From Longimicrobiales bacterium (GTDB lineage Bacteria > Gemmatimonadota > Gemmatimonadetes > Longimicrobiales > Gaopeijiaceae), in the NCBI GenBank assembly GCA_965204735.1, contig OZ242008.1:2688001-2752000 (forward strand): DNA of 64,000 nt, in the 5' to 3' direction. The position numbers and the translations under genes are program-made. The notes beneath the pieces were generated by a model. That model saw only the letters and a list, made by a program, of their open reading frames with translations, was not told where the DNA came from and searched no databases. Of this stretch, positions 17,797-31,717 are shown piece by piece. The stretch's first letter is position 1. Every line of letters begins with the position of its first letter.

Positions 17797-18930
17797 GTGA
17801 GGGTTGCTCACGTCGCGCCCAGCGTCACCTCCATCGGCGGGCTGGAGTACTCGGTGCCTCGCCTGTGCGTGCGTCTGGCGGCCCGGGGACACCAGGTCGA
17901 GCTGCTTTCCCATGCCACGGAGCCGATCGAAGGCGTGACGGTCGACGCGTTCAGGGTGCTGTCCGTCTTCGAACCCTTCAAGGTGTCCGTCGCGCTGCCG
18001 CTCAAGCTGAGAAGGGTGGCGAAACGCAGCGAGCTCGTTCATGCCCACGGCGTCTGGACGATGGTCAGCATATCGGCGGGACTCGTCGTCCCGGGCCGCA
18101 ACGCCAAGTTCGTCTTGTCCCTTAGGGGAGGCGTGGGTCCCTGGACGCGGCACCGCAGAAGAGCGATCAAGAAGTGCCTTTGGCCGTTCCAGAGGCGAGG
18201 GCTCGAAAGAGCCGACCTGCTGCATGCCGCCTCGGTCATGGAGTACCGGTGGATCCGCGACGCGGGACTCGAGGCGCCGGTGGCGATCGTTCCCAACGCC
18301 GTGGACTTCCCGCGCGCGGGCTCGGCGGTCTCGGAAGTCCGCGGGAAGAGAGGAACGAAGACGCTGCTCTTCCTCAGTCGCTTGCATCCCGTGAAGGGCC
18401 TGGACCGTCTGCTTCGCTCGTGGAAGAGCATCCAGGACGAACACCGGGAGTGGCGACTGGTGGTCGCCGGGCACGGGCGGCCGAGCTACGAGCGGCGCAT
18501 AAGGGCCATGGCCTCGCAACTCGGGCTGGAACGCGCGGAGTTCGTGGGACCGCTGTACGGCGAGGCGAAGGCGCGGGCCTACTACGACGCCGACCTCTTC
18601 GTCCTGTCCTCCAACGGCGAGAACTTCGGCATCGTGGTGGCGGAAGCGCTGGCGCACGGGTGCCCGTGCGTAGTGAGCAAGAAGACCCCTTGGCGCGGAC
18701 TGCGCGACCACAAGGCCGGCTGGTGGATCGACCACGACGTGCCGGAGCTGGCGCGCACGCTCGCGAAGGCGATGGCGTTGCCCGACGCGACGCGACGCGA
18801 GATGGGACGACGGGGCCGCGCCTGGATGCGGCAGGACTTCCGCTGGAAGCCGGTCGTCGACAAGATGGAGGCCTCCTACCGGTGGCTGCTGGACGGAGGA
18901 GCGCCCCCCGAGTGGATCAGGCTGGACTGA
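17797..18930 (+). CDS. Glycosyltransferase family 4
   Basis: GG motif near the N-terminus, [30 protein letters not shown]. Confidence 0.9.
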   Translation: MRVAHVAPSVTSIGGLEYSVPRLCVRLAARGHQVELLSHATEPIEGVTVDAFRVLSVFEPFKVSVALPLKLRRVAKRSELVHAHGVWTMVSISAGLVVPGRNAKFVLSLRGGVGPWTRHRRRAIKKCLWPFQRRGLERADLLHAASVMEYRWIRDAGLEAPVAIVPNAVDFPRAGSAVSEVRGKRGTKTLLFLSRLHPVKGLDRLLRSWKSIQDEHREWRLVVAGHGRPSYERRIRAMASQLGLERAEFVGPLYGEAKARAYYDADLFVLSSNGENFGIVVAEALAHGCPCVVSKKTPWRGLRDHKAGWWIDHDVPELARTLAKAMALPDATRREMGRRGRAWMRQDFRWKPVVDKMEASYRWLLDGGAPPEWIRLD

Positions 18931-18967
18931 TGCGCGCCGGGGTTGCCGCCCCGGGCAGGCGGAGGGC

Positions 18968-22907
<3,940 letters not shown>

Positions 22908-22915
<8 letters not shown>

Positions 22916-24791
22916 CCTGGGCGAGATGCTCTCCGACGGGCGGGTCCACGTCGTGGACGGCGCCATGGGGACGATGCTCTACGCCCGCGGCGTCTTCATG
23001 AACGTCTGCTACGACGAGCTCAACGCCACCGACCCCGACCTGGTGGAGGACGTTCACGAGCAGTACGTCCGGGCGGGCGCCCAGATCGTCGAGACCAACA
23101 CCTTCGGCGCCAACCCGGTCAAGCTGTCGTCTTACGGGTTGGACGAGCGCACCGAGGAGCTGAACGCGCAGGCGGCCCGCCTCGCGCTGCGCGCCGCGGC
23201 GGGAAGGGCGTGCGTGGCTGGGGCGGTGGGACCGCTGGGAGTGCGGGTGGAGCCGCTGGGGCCGACGTCGCTGGCGGAGGCTCGCGAGTACTTCGGCCGA
23301 CAGGTGGACGGGCTGCTGGAGGGCGGCGTGGAGGGGTTCTTCCTGGAGACCTTTTCCGACTTGGCGGAGATGGAGCAGGCGTTCCTGGCGGTGCGGAGCA
23401 GGTGCGACCTGCCCGTCGTCGTGCAGGCGACCGTGGGCGAGGAGTGCGCGACCGGCTTCGGCGCCACGGTGGAGCAGGCGGCGCGGGCGGCCGAGGAGTG
23501 GGGCGCCGACGCGGCTGGGCTCAACTGCTCCGTGGGACCCGCCGTGATCCTGGACGGCGTCGAGCGCATGGCCGCGACGACCCGCCTTCCCCTTTCGGCC
23601 CAGCCCAACGCCGGACTCCCACGGGCCGTGGGCGACCGGAAGATGTACCTGGCGGGACCTGAGTACATGGCCATGTACGCTCGCCGGCTCATTCGGGCCG
23701 GCGCTCGGCTGGTCGGCGGGTGCTGCGGCACGACGCCCGAGCACGTTCGACGGATTCGGGAGGAGGTCGCTGCGATCCAGCCCCGGACGCCGCCGGTGCG
23801 GGTGGTCCGCGACTTGGCCGACCGCGCGGTCCGAGCCGGTCCGCCCCTCCGAGCCCGCTCCCGCCTCGGCGCCCGATTGGATTCGGAAGATTTCGTCGTC
23901 GCCGTCAGAACGACGCCTCCCCGGGGCTGGAACGCCTCTGAAATGGCGGCCGAGCGGCGGCGACTGGCCGAAGCCGGCGCTCATGTCGCCGTCGTGCACG
24001 AGGACCGCGCGGCAGCCCGAATGAGCACCGTGGCGGCGGCGGCCCTGGCGGCCGGCGACGGCGTCCTGGAGCCCGTCCTGCACTACACCTGCAGGGGCCG
24101 AACCCTCGCGGAGATGATCGGCGACCTGCTGGGCGCGGCGGCATCGGGCGCCCGCAACCTTCTGCTGGCCACCGGCGACCCCCACGCCGGCGGCCCCTAC
24201 CCCGCCTTCGGCGCCGGCTTGGAGATCGACGCGATCGGACTGGCCAACGTCGTGGCCGGGCTGAACACCGGCGTGGACCCGGCCGGCAACGAAGTGGGGG
24301 AGCCCACCGGGTTCGTCGCCGGCGTCGTCGTCAACCAAGGCGCTCGGGACCGGGCGCAGGAGGTGGAGCGGTTCCACTGGAAGGTGGAGGCGGGGGTCCA
24401 CTACGCGGTCGCCCGGTCGGTCTTCGACGCCGATCACCTCTTGGCGTTCCTCGACGAGGCAAGGGCGGCGACGACGGACGGAGCGGGCGTTCCCGTGCTG
24501 GCCACGATCCGCCTCCTGGAGAACGCCACCCAGGCCGAGTTCCTCCAGAACGAGGTCCCGGGCGTCCACGTGCCGGAGCGCGTGGTGGAGCGGATGCGCC
24601 GGGCCGAGGCGCAGGGACCCCGGCACGCCTTGGCCGAGGGCTTGGAAGTTGCGCGAGAGGTGGTCGACGCGCTGGGCCGCCGCGTTGCCGGAGTGCAGGT
24701 GGTGGCGCCCTCCGCACGGGCCGAGGCGTTCGTCGGCGAGATCAAGCAGGCCCTGGCGTCCGGCGACCGAGTTCCCGCATGTGCGGAATGA
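22908..24791 (+). CDS. yitJ: Bifunctional homocysteine S-methyltransferase / methylenetetrahydrofolate reductase (YitJ-like)
   Basis: [30 protein letters not shown], then an MTHFR-like domain ([16 protein letters not shown]). Confidence 0.85.
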
Positions 24792-24810
24792 GCGGCGTTT
24801 CCTCCATTAT

Positions 24811-24883
24811 GGTGGCGTTTTGCCACCGTTCTGCATCCAAAATGGCGCCGTTTTGGTAGTAAAATGGTAGCAAAATGGTAGTA
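24811..24883. other. AT-rich spacer between convergent genes with hairpins and three direct repeats at 11-bp period
   Basis: ggtggcgttttgccacc hairpin (24811-24827); aaaatggcgccgtttt near-palindrome; tggtag(t/c)a at 24854, 24865 and 24876. Confidence 0.7.
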
Positions 24884-24939
24884 CTTGTTCGAGGGAGGGC
24901 ACATGGTCGGCTCGAACCCAAGCTGGCTTCGGACCGCGG

Positions 24940-25833
24940 CTACGCGAGCCGCGCCATGAGCGCCGGGGCGTCCCGAACCCCCAGGTTGCAGACGTACACC
25001 TTCTCGGCGCCGGCGTCCCGGAGGGCCCGGATCGTCTTGGCGCACACCTCGACCGGGCCGTCCCCGGCGGCGAACTCGCGGGCGACTTCGTTGGCCGGCA
25101 CGGGGAAGAAGCGGCCCAGCTGCTTCAGCGTGCGAGGGTTCGGGCTGCGGTAGAGGAAGACGCCGTGGACCACGGGCAGCGCGACTCCTCGCCGGGCCAG
25201 CTCCGAGTGGAAGCGCTCGACCCGGGCAAGGGAATGGCGGGAGACGACCTGGGTGAGCACGTAGTCCGCCGCGAAGTCTTCTCCGGCGACGAAGCGGGCC
25301 TGCTCGGCCGGTTCCCGGTGAGGGTTCGCCCACCCCCCCAGCGCCATCCCGGGCTGGTCCGCCCGCAGGATGCGCCGCAGGTCTTGGCCGTGGGGCACGC
25401 AGCGGGGAGCGCCCCCCGAGCGGTCGCCGCCCACCACCGTCACGCCCGCCACGCCCAGGTCGGCCGCCCGCCGGGCGAAGAGGCGGCAGTACTCCAGCGG
25501 GTGCTTGCACGTCAGAAAGGGGAGCACGTGGCCGAAGGGACCGCCGGCCGCCGCCCCGGGGTTCGTTCCGCCGGTCGCCCGAGGGGCGGGTTCGGCCCCC
25601 AAGTTCGCCGCCAAGTGGGCCAAGCTCTCCTCTTCCCGGTCGCCCACGGCGTCGTCGGTGAGGAGGATGAACGTCCCTTGACCCGCCAGGCGCCGCAGGG
25701 CGTGGTGCATGTCGATCCACACGTCCATGCTCCGCGCCGCGTCCAAGCCGGACCGGGGCGGCCGCAGCTCGACGGCGACCATCGGGCCGGGCTCGGACAG
25801 GCGCTGAAGAAACCGGGATGCGCCGGTGGTCAT
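24940..25833 (-). CDS. Methylenetetrahydrofolate reductase-like protein
   Basis: VELRPP, LTDDAVG, PFLTCKH, VVGGD, GGWANP, VLTQ motifs of the MTHFR fold. ATGA overlap with pepP. Confidence 0.7.
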   Translation of the reverse strand: MTTGASRFLQRLSEPGPMVAVELRPPRSGLDAARSMDVWIDMHHALRRLAGQGTFILLTDDAVGDREEESLAHLAANLGAEPAPRATGGTNPGAAAGGPFGHVLPFLTCKHPLEYCRLFARRAADLGVAGVTVVGGDRSGGAPRCVPHGQDLRRILRADQPGMALGGWANPHREPAEQARFVAGEDFAADYVLTQVVSRHSLARVERFHSELARRGVALPVVHGVFLYRSPNPRTLKQLGRFFPVPANEVAREFAAGDGPVEVCAKTIRALRDAGAEKVYVCNLGVRDAPALMARLA

Positions 25834-27338
25834 CCCGCCGCCATCTCCTCCATCGCCTCCGCGTCGACGGGCAGGTCGCTGGTCAGCACGTCCGCCCCGT
25901 CCTCTTCGATCAGCACATCGTCCTCGATCCGGATCCCGATCCCCTCCAGCTCGGGGACTCGGGCGCAGCTCCCTGGGGAGAAGTACACTCCGGGCTCGAC
26001 CGTGAACGCCATCCCGGGCGCCAGCGCCACGGGCTCGGGCGCGCCTGGCTCGGACGCTGCGGACCGGAGCTGCGACGCCTCCGCCGTCAGGGCCGGTTCG
26101 GGTCGTCGGCCCGCCCGGTACGCCCCGACGTCGTGCACGTCCAGGCCCAGCCAGTGCGAGGTCTGATGGGGAAACCAGCGCCGGTACGCCCCGGTCTCCA
26201 CCGCTTCGGCAGGCGTCCCGCGCAGCACCCCCAGCGCCACGAGCCCTTCGGCCACCGCTCGCGCCGCCGCCTCGTGGACCTCCTGCAGCGCCGCCCCGGG
26301 CCGGCACGCCGCCAGCGCCGCCCGACGAGCCCCCAGCACCACCTCGTACGCTTCCCGCGCCGCACCCTCGATCCGCCGCGACGCGGGCGCCGTCCGCGAG
26401 ACGTCGGCGGCGCAGCACTCCACCTCGGCGCCCGCGTCCACCAGCACCATCTCGCCCGGCCCGATCCGGGAGTCGTTGGCCGTGTAGTGGAGGGTGCAGG
26501 CGTTCGCCCCGCTGGCGGCGATCGTCGCAAAGGCCGGGCCGTCGGCGCCCCGTCGCCGGAACCCCGCCTCCACCGCCGCCTCCACCTCCCACTCCCCCGC
26601 CCCCGGCCGCACCACGGCCAGCCCTTCCCGAAAGGCGGCCGTCGTGATCCGCGCCGCCTCCCGCAGCCGGGCCGTCTCCGCCTCGTCCTTGCGCAGCCGC
26701 AGGTCGTCCAGGATCAGGCCCGGGTCCAGCACGCCGACCAGCCCGCGGCCGGTGCGCGGTCGCCGCCTCCGACCGTCCTGGAGCCCCGCCAGCACCACCC
26801 GGTCGCACGCCTCCGACGCCCCGAAGCGGTAGTAGGCCAAGTCGGCCCCCCGCAGCAGATCCGGCGCGCGGGCGGGGAGCTCCTCCAGCGCGAACACCGC
26901 GTCGGCCCCGCACTCGGCCTCGACGGCCCCCAGCTCCGCGCGCGGACCCGTCCACAGCTCCTTCTCCTCGTCGCGTCCCTCCACGAAGAGCACGAACCGC
27001 CTCCGGTCCGCGAACCCCCGCAGCACGGCCACGCACCCGGGCGCCTTCCAGCCGGTCAGGTAGAAGAGTTCCGAGTCCGGCCGGTAGCGGTACTCCGAGT
27101 CGGCGTTCTTGAAGCGCAGCGGGGACGCCGGCAGGACCATGGCGCCGCCCCTCAGCGCCGCAAGCGCCGACTCCCGCCGCCCAGCGAACGGCAACGGGGG
27201 CAGCCCAGCCAGGCGTCGGCCCTTCGCCGCTCGCCCGTCCTCGTCCCAGCCCGTTCCGTCCGCCGACGGGTCCAGCGCTCCGGCGACACGTCCGCCCTTC
27301 GCCGCCTGCCCGTCGGCCCCCGCCGACGCCGCCGTCAT
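25830..27338 (-). CDS. pepP: Xaa-Pro aminopeptidase P (M24B)
   Basis: DSEYRYRPDSELFYLTG, TLHY, VDAGAE, ADVSRT, HWLGLDVHDVG, TVEPG, GIRIEDD. Confidence 0.9.
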   Translation of the reverse strand: MTAASAGADGQAAKGGRVAGALDPSADGTGWDEDGRAAKGRRLAGLPPLPFAGRRESALAALRGGAMVLPASPLRFKNADSEYRYRPDSELFYLTGWKAPGCVAVLRGFADRRRFVLFVEGRDEEKELWTGPRAELGAVEAECGADAVFALEELPARAPDLLRGADLAYYRFGASEACDRVVLAGLQDGRRRRPRTGRGLVGVLDPGLILDDLRLRKDEAETARLREAARITTAAFREGLAVVRPGAGEWEVEAAVEAGFRRRGADGPAFATIAASGANACTLHYTANDSRIGPGEMVLVDAGAEVECCAADVSRTAPASRRIEGAAREAYEVVLGARRAALAACRPGAALQEVHEAAARAVAEGLVALGVLRGTPAEAVETGAYRRWFPHQTSHWLGLDVHDVGAYRAGRRPEPALTAEASQLRSAASEPGAPEPVALAPGMAFTVEPGVYFSPGSCARVPELEGIGIRIEDDVLIEEDGADVLTSDLPVDAEAMEEMAAG

Positions 27339-27370
27339 GGTCCGCCGCCTCGCCGCCGGGGCGTCCTGCG

Positions 27371-29551
27371 CTACCGTCCGCCCTGCGTCGCCGTCCGACC
27401 CTCCGGCGGGTTCTCGATCAGGTAGTGGACGAACCAGCTTCTGATCCGCTCCAGCCGGTCCACCAGCAGCCAGGGCTCTCCGGTCCGCGAGAGTCCGTGA
27501 GAGGACCTGGGGTAGCGCACCAGCTCCACGGGCACGCCCAGCTTCTTCAGGGACATGAACCACTGCTCGCCGTCGCCGATGGGCGTCCGGTAGTCGTTCT
27601 CGCTGTGGATGATCAGGGTCGGCGCAGTCACGTTCTCCACGTAGGAGATCGGCGACAGCCGCCGGTACAGGTCGCGCTGTTCCCACGGCGGTCCGTAGAA
27701 CTCGTACTCGGTGAGCCTCTGGGCGTCCGACGTGCCCCACCAGCTCTCCCAGTTGACGATCGACCGCGACGTGACCGCTGCGTGGAAGCGGTCGGTGGTC
27801 GCCGTCAGCCAGTTGGTCATGAAGCCGCCGTAGCTCCCGCCCGAGACCCCCACCCGGGTCGAGTCGATCTCGGCGTACTCGGCCAGCGCCGCGTCCACTC
27901 CCGCCAAGTAGTCCTCCCTGTCCACGATCCCCCAATCCCCGCGAGTCGCGTACTGGAAGTCGTGTCCATAGCCCGACGAGCCCCGGGGGTTGGTGTACAG
28001 CACGAAGAAGCCGGCGGCGGACAAGACGTGGAACGTGGGGAAGAAGGTGTTCCCGTAGGCCGAGTGGGGTCCGCCGTGAATCTTCAGGATCAACGGGTAC
28101 GAGCCGCCCCGCCGGAACTCGACCGGCCTCACCAGCCAGCCCTGCACTTCCGTCCCGTCCTCGGCGTTCCACAGCAGCTCCTCGGCGGGCATCAGCTCCA
28201 CTTCCGAGAGCCACGCGTCGTTGAAGCCCGTCGCCTTCTGCTCGGTGGCGCCGTCGCCCCGGCTCACGTAGAGCTCCCCGGGCGTGGCCGCGTCGGTGGC
28301 CGCGTAGGCCATCACGCCGCCGTCGGCGGAGAAGGAGAACGACGACAGGCGGCGGGGTCCCAGCGTGACCTGGCGCACCGAGTCTCCGGGAGCCGCCCGG
28401 AAGAGGTGGCTGTCCCCGCGCACCCCCGCCGAGAAGAGGACGACGCTGCCGTCGGCGGACCAAGCGGGGGCGCCGGGCCGCAGGTCCCACGCCTCCGTCA
28501 AGTTGGCCGGCCGGCCCCGGAAGTTGCCGCCGGCCCCGATCTCCACCACCAGCAAGTCGGTCTGGGCGCCCCGTTCGGGGGTCGACAGGAAGGCCAGGCT
28601 GCGGCCGTCCGGCGACACGGCCGGAGCGCTCTCGGTGCCCGGGTTCGTCGTCAGTCGGCGCACGGTTCCTCCGTCGGCGTCCACCGACCAGATGTCGCCC
28701 GAGTTCTCGGTGCGAAGCTCCTCGTCCTGCCGCTCGTCGCCGGTGAAGAACACGGTGCGCCCGTCGGGCGACCAGGCCGGGCTTCCGGCGTCGAAGTCCA
28801 GCTCGGTCAGCTGCCGGGGCGCTCCGCCGGCAGCGTCCACGACGATCACCTGCCGCTTCTGCCGCACCGAGTAGTGGGGCTGGAACGACAACCGGCCGTC
28901 CCTCTTGTAGCGGATCGAGGTGACGACCCGCCCGTCGAAGCGCTCCGGGTCCAGCGTGCGGCTGACGGCGTCCGGGGCGATCCACCCCTCGCGGGCGTCC
29001 GCTCCCCGGGCTTCCCCGTCGCCGCCTCCGTCCGAGTCGTCGCCCGCGGGGGCCTTCACGTAGGCGATCTTTGACCCGTCGGGAGACCACACCGGCGGCC
29101 CTTCGACTCCTTCGACGTGGAACGCCTCGCCGCCCGGCCGGTCGATCCGCAGGAACCAGATTGGGTTCGGGTCGCCCCCTCGGGAAGACGAGAACGCCAG
29201 CAGGGCGCCGTCGGGAGACCACCGGGGACCGCTGGACTCCTCCGTGGGGCTCGTGGCGCGGAAGGCTCGGCCGTCGGGCCTTCCGTCGGAGAGGGGCTGA
29301 AGCCAGACCTCGCGATGGCGCCGGTTGTCGTCTTCCACCACGGTCGTGACCGTGAACGCGACCCAGTCGCCCGGCGGCGACACCGCCACCTCGCCGACGC
29401 CGACCAGCCGGTAGTAGCGCTCCGGCGCGTAGCCGCTCTTCTGGGCCTCGGCGCCGCCGTGGATGCCGAGGATTCCGAAGGCGCCGGCCGCCAGCGCGCC
29501 GAAGGCCGCGCGCCGCCGGGTCGCAGCGTCTCGGGCACGTGGACGCGCCAT
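27371..29551 (-). CDS. S9 family peptidase (acylaminoacyl/dipeptidyl peptidase), secreted
   Basis: Propeller WSPDG repeats, IHGGPH, NPRGSSGYG, GGSYGG, SENDYRT, HGL. Confidence 0.92.
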   Translation of the reverse strand: MARPRARDAATRRRAAFGALAAGAFGILGIHGGAEAQKSGYAPERYYRLVGVGEVAVSPPGDWVAFTVTTVVEDDNRRHREVWLQPLSDGRPDGRAFRATSPTEESSGPRWSPDGALLAFSSSRGGDPNPIWFLRIDRPGGEAFHVEGVEGPPVWSPDGSKIAYVKAPAGDDSDGGGDGEARGADAREGWIAPDAVSRTLDPERFDGRVVTSIRYKRDGRLSFQPHYSVRQKRQVIVVDAAGGAPRQLTELDFDAGSPAWSPDGRTVFFTGDERQDEELRTENSGDIWSVDADGGTVRRLTTNPGTESAPAVSPDGRSLAFLSTPERGAQTDLLVVEIGAGGNFRGRPANLTEAWDLRPGAPAWSADGSVVLFSAGVRGDSHLFRAAPGDSVRQVTLGPRRLSSFSFSADGGVMAYAATDAATPGELYVSRGDGATEQKATGFNDAWLSEVELMPAEELLWNAEDGTEVQGWLVRPVEFRRGGSYPLILKIHGGPHSAYGNTFFPTFHVLSAAGFFVLYTNPRGSSGYGHDFQYATRGDWGIVDREDYLAGVDAALAEYAEIDSTRVGVSGGSYGGFMTNWLTATTDRFHAAVTSRSIVNWESWWGTSDAQRLTEYEFYGPPWEQRDLYRRLSPISYVENVTAPTLIIHSENDYRTPIGDGEQWFMSLKKLGVPVELVRYPRSSHGLSRTGEPWLLVDRLERIRSWFVHYLIENPPEGRTATQGGR

Positions 29552-29732
29552 TGCCTTTCCTCTTGCCGCTGATGGAACCCTGTGCGCCGGTGGAACCGGC
29601 CGCACCTGATGCGCTATCGTGAGCGTGCGACGACATGGTTGGGCACGGGGGCAGCGCATGGTCATGAAGATGGTGCAAGCACTTCGGAGGCGTCCAGTGG
29701 GGCGGAGGAGGCCAGCCGCCGCCCGACGGACG

Positions 29733-31655
29733 ATGCGGCGGGCGACGTCCAGGCGGCAAAGCTCCGGGCCCGCGGGTACCGGGCGAGCGGCCGCCCGACG
29801 GACGAAGCGGCGGGCGACCCGGCAGGGAAGATGGCGCGGATTCGAGTGGACGACGCATCGGACCGCGCGTCGGTCATGGCTCCCTCTGCTGGCTTGCGCG
29901 GTCGCCTTTGCGCGGTCGGCCGAAGCCCAGGTCGTTCGCGGCCGCCTCGTGGAGGCGGGCGACGTGCGACCCGTGGGCGGCGCAATGGTCACCCTGGTCG
30001 CGGCGGGAGGCGGCGACGCGGGCAGGAGCCTGACCCGAGACAGCGGCCTCTTCGAGCTCGTCGCGTCCGGCCCGGGAGAGTACTGGCTGCGAGCCGAACG
30101 GATCGGCTACGCCACCACCCGCTCCGACCCCTTCCGCCTGGCCGTCGGAGACACGCTGGTCGTCGGCCTGGAAGCGAGCGTGGAGGCCATCTCCCTGGAG
30201 GGGGTCCGGGCCGAGGGGGGGCGACGCTGCCGGGTGAGGCCCGAGGAGGGGCTGGCGGTCACCCGGGTGTGGGACGAGGCCCGGAAGGCGCTGGCCGCGG
30301 CCGCGTGGACCCAGGACCGGGGGATGTACCAGTACGAGATGACCGGCGTGACCCGGCGGCTGGACCGGGACGGACGGCAGGTGCTGTCGGAGGAGCGCAC
30401 CTACCAGCAGGGATACCGCAAGGCGCCGTTCGTCGCCCGCGACGCCGACTCCCTTGCGGCCGAGGGCTTCGCCCGCCTCTCCGCCAACGAATCCGTGTAC
30501 TGGGCGCCGGACGCCGGCGTGCTGCTCTCCGACGCGTTCCTCGACACCCACTGCTTCCGACTGAGGGAGGACCACGACGACGCGCCCGGACTGATCGGCC
30601 TCGCCTTCGAGCCCGTCCCCCGACGGCGGGTGCCGGAGGTCGGCGGCACGCTGTGGGTGGACCCCATCTCCGCCGAGCTTCGCTGGCTGGACTTCGGCTA
30701 CCGGAACCTGGACCTGCCCGACGTTCTCATGCGGAGCTCGCCCGGGGGCCGGGTCGAGTTCAGGGCGCTCCCCAACGGCACGTGGATCGTGAGTTCCTGG
30801 CACATCCGCATGCCTCGGGGCAAGACGACGACCAACCCGCTCACCAAGCGGCTGGCGGTGGAGCTGGAGGGCGTGGTCCTTCAGGGCGGGGATGTGGTGC
30901 GGGTCCACGGCAACGACGGCGTCGTTCTGGAAGCGGAGGCCGGGGGAAGGATCGCCGGCATCGTCTTCGACAGCCTGCGGGGGGGCTTGCCGGGGGCGCG
31001 GGTCGTGGTCGACGCGCTGGGCGCCGAAGTCGAGACCGACTGGGAGGGCCGCTTCGAGATGGCGGGCCTGCCGCCGGGCACGTACGCGGTCAACTTCTCC
31101 CATCCCTACCTGGAGCGGCTCTCCTACAGCGCCGAGCCCTTCTTGGTCGAGGTCGCCGAGGGCGCCGGGACTCCGGCCCAGGTCAACTTCTCGGCGCCGA
31201 CTGTGGGCCGCGCGCTCTCGCGGGCGTGTCGAGACGTGGAAGCGCCCGGTGCGCGGATGGAAGTGTCGGGCGCGGCAACCCGCTCGTCGGGCATCCTCGC
31301 GGGACGGGTCGTGGACTTGGCCGGCGCGCCTGTGCCCGGCGCCCAGGTGCGGATACTGTCGCGGGCCTACGGCATCAGGGCGGACCAGGGGGCCGCGAGC
31401 CGGGACGTGCTTCTGCAGGAAGGCCGCGCGGGCGTGATCGTCGCCGCCGGCGCCGCCGGCCGCTACCTGGCCTGCTGGGTCCCCGTGGACGCCACCTTGG
31501 AAGTCGCGGTCGTGGAAGCCGGCGACGAGCTGGGTCCTGGGGGACTGGAAGCCGCCTACTCGCCTTCCGAGCTCGTCGGCAGGAGCCGCAACACCGTTAC
31601 GATCCCTTCCTCGCGCCCATTCGCGATATTGGACTTGCGGGTCGAGCGCAAGTAG
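29733..31655 (+). CDS. Secreted multi-carboxypeptidase-regulatory-domain surface protein
   Basis: Signal ...AEAQ; three VRGRLV/IAGIVFD/LAGRVVD-type modules; DAFLDTHCF. Start uncertain. Confidence 0.7.
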   Translation: MRRATSRRQSSGPAGTGRAAARRTKRRATRQGRWRGFEWTTHRTARRSWLPLLACAVAFARSAEAQVVRGRLVEAGDVRPVGGAMVTLVAAGGGDAGRSLTRDSGLFELVASGPGEYWLRAERIGYATTRSDPFRLAVGDTLVVGLEASVEAISLEGVRAEGGRRCRVRPEEGLAVTRVWDEARKALAAAAWTQDRGMYQYEMTGVTRRLDRDGRQVLSEERTYQQGYRKAPFVARDADSLAAEGFARLSANESVYWAPDAGVLLSDAFLDTHCFRLREDHDDAPGLIGLAFEPVPRRRVPEVGGTLWVDPISAELRWLDFGYRNLDLPDVLMRSSPGGRVEFRALPNGTWIVSSWHIRMPRGKTTTNPLTKRLAVELEGVVLQGGDVVRVHGNDGVVLEAEAGGRIAGIVFDSLRGGLPGARVVVDALGAEVETDWEGRFEMAGLPPGTYAVNFSHPYLERLSYSAEPFLVEVAEGAGTPAQVNFSAPTVGRALSRACRDVEAPGARMEVSGAATRSSGILAGRVVDLAGAPVPGAQVRILSRAYGIRADQGAASRDVLLQEGRAGVIVAAGAAGRYLACWVPVDATLEVAVVEAGDELGPGGLEAAYSPSELVGRSRNTVTIPSSRPFAILDLRVERK

Positions 31656-31717
31656 GGGCCCGCCAGCGGCCGCCGCCCGGACCCCGAACCCCGAACTTCC
31701 CACGAACACGGTCAACC

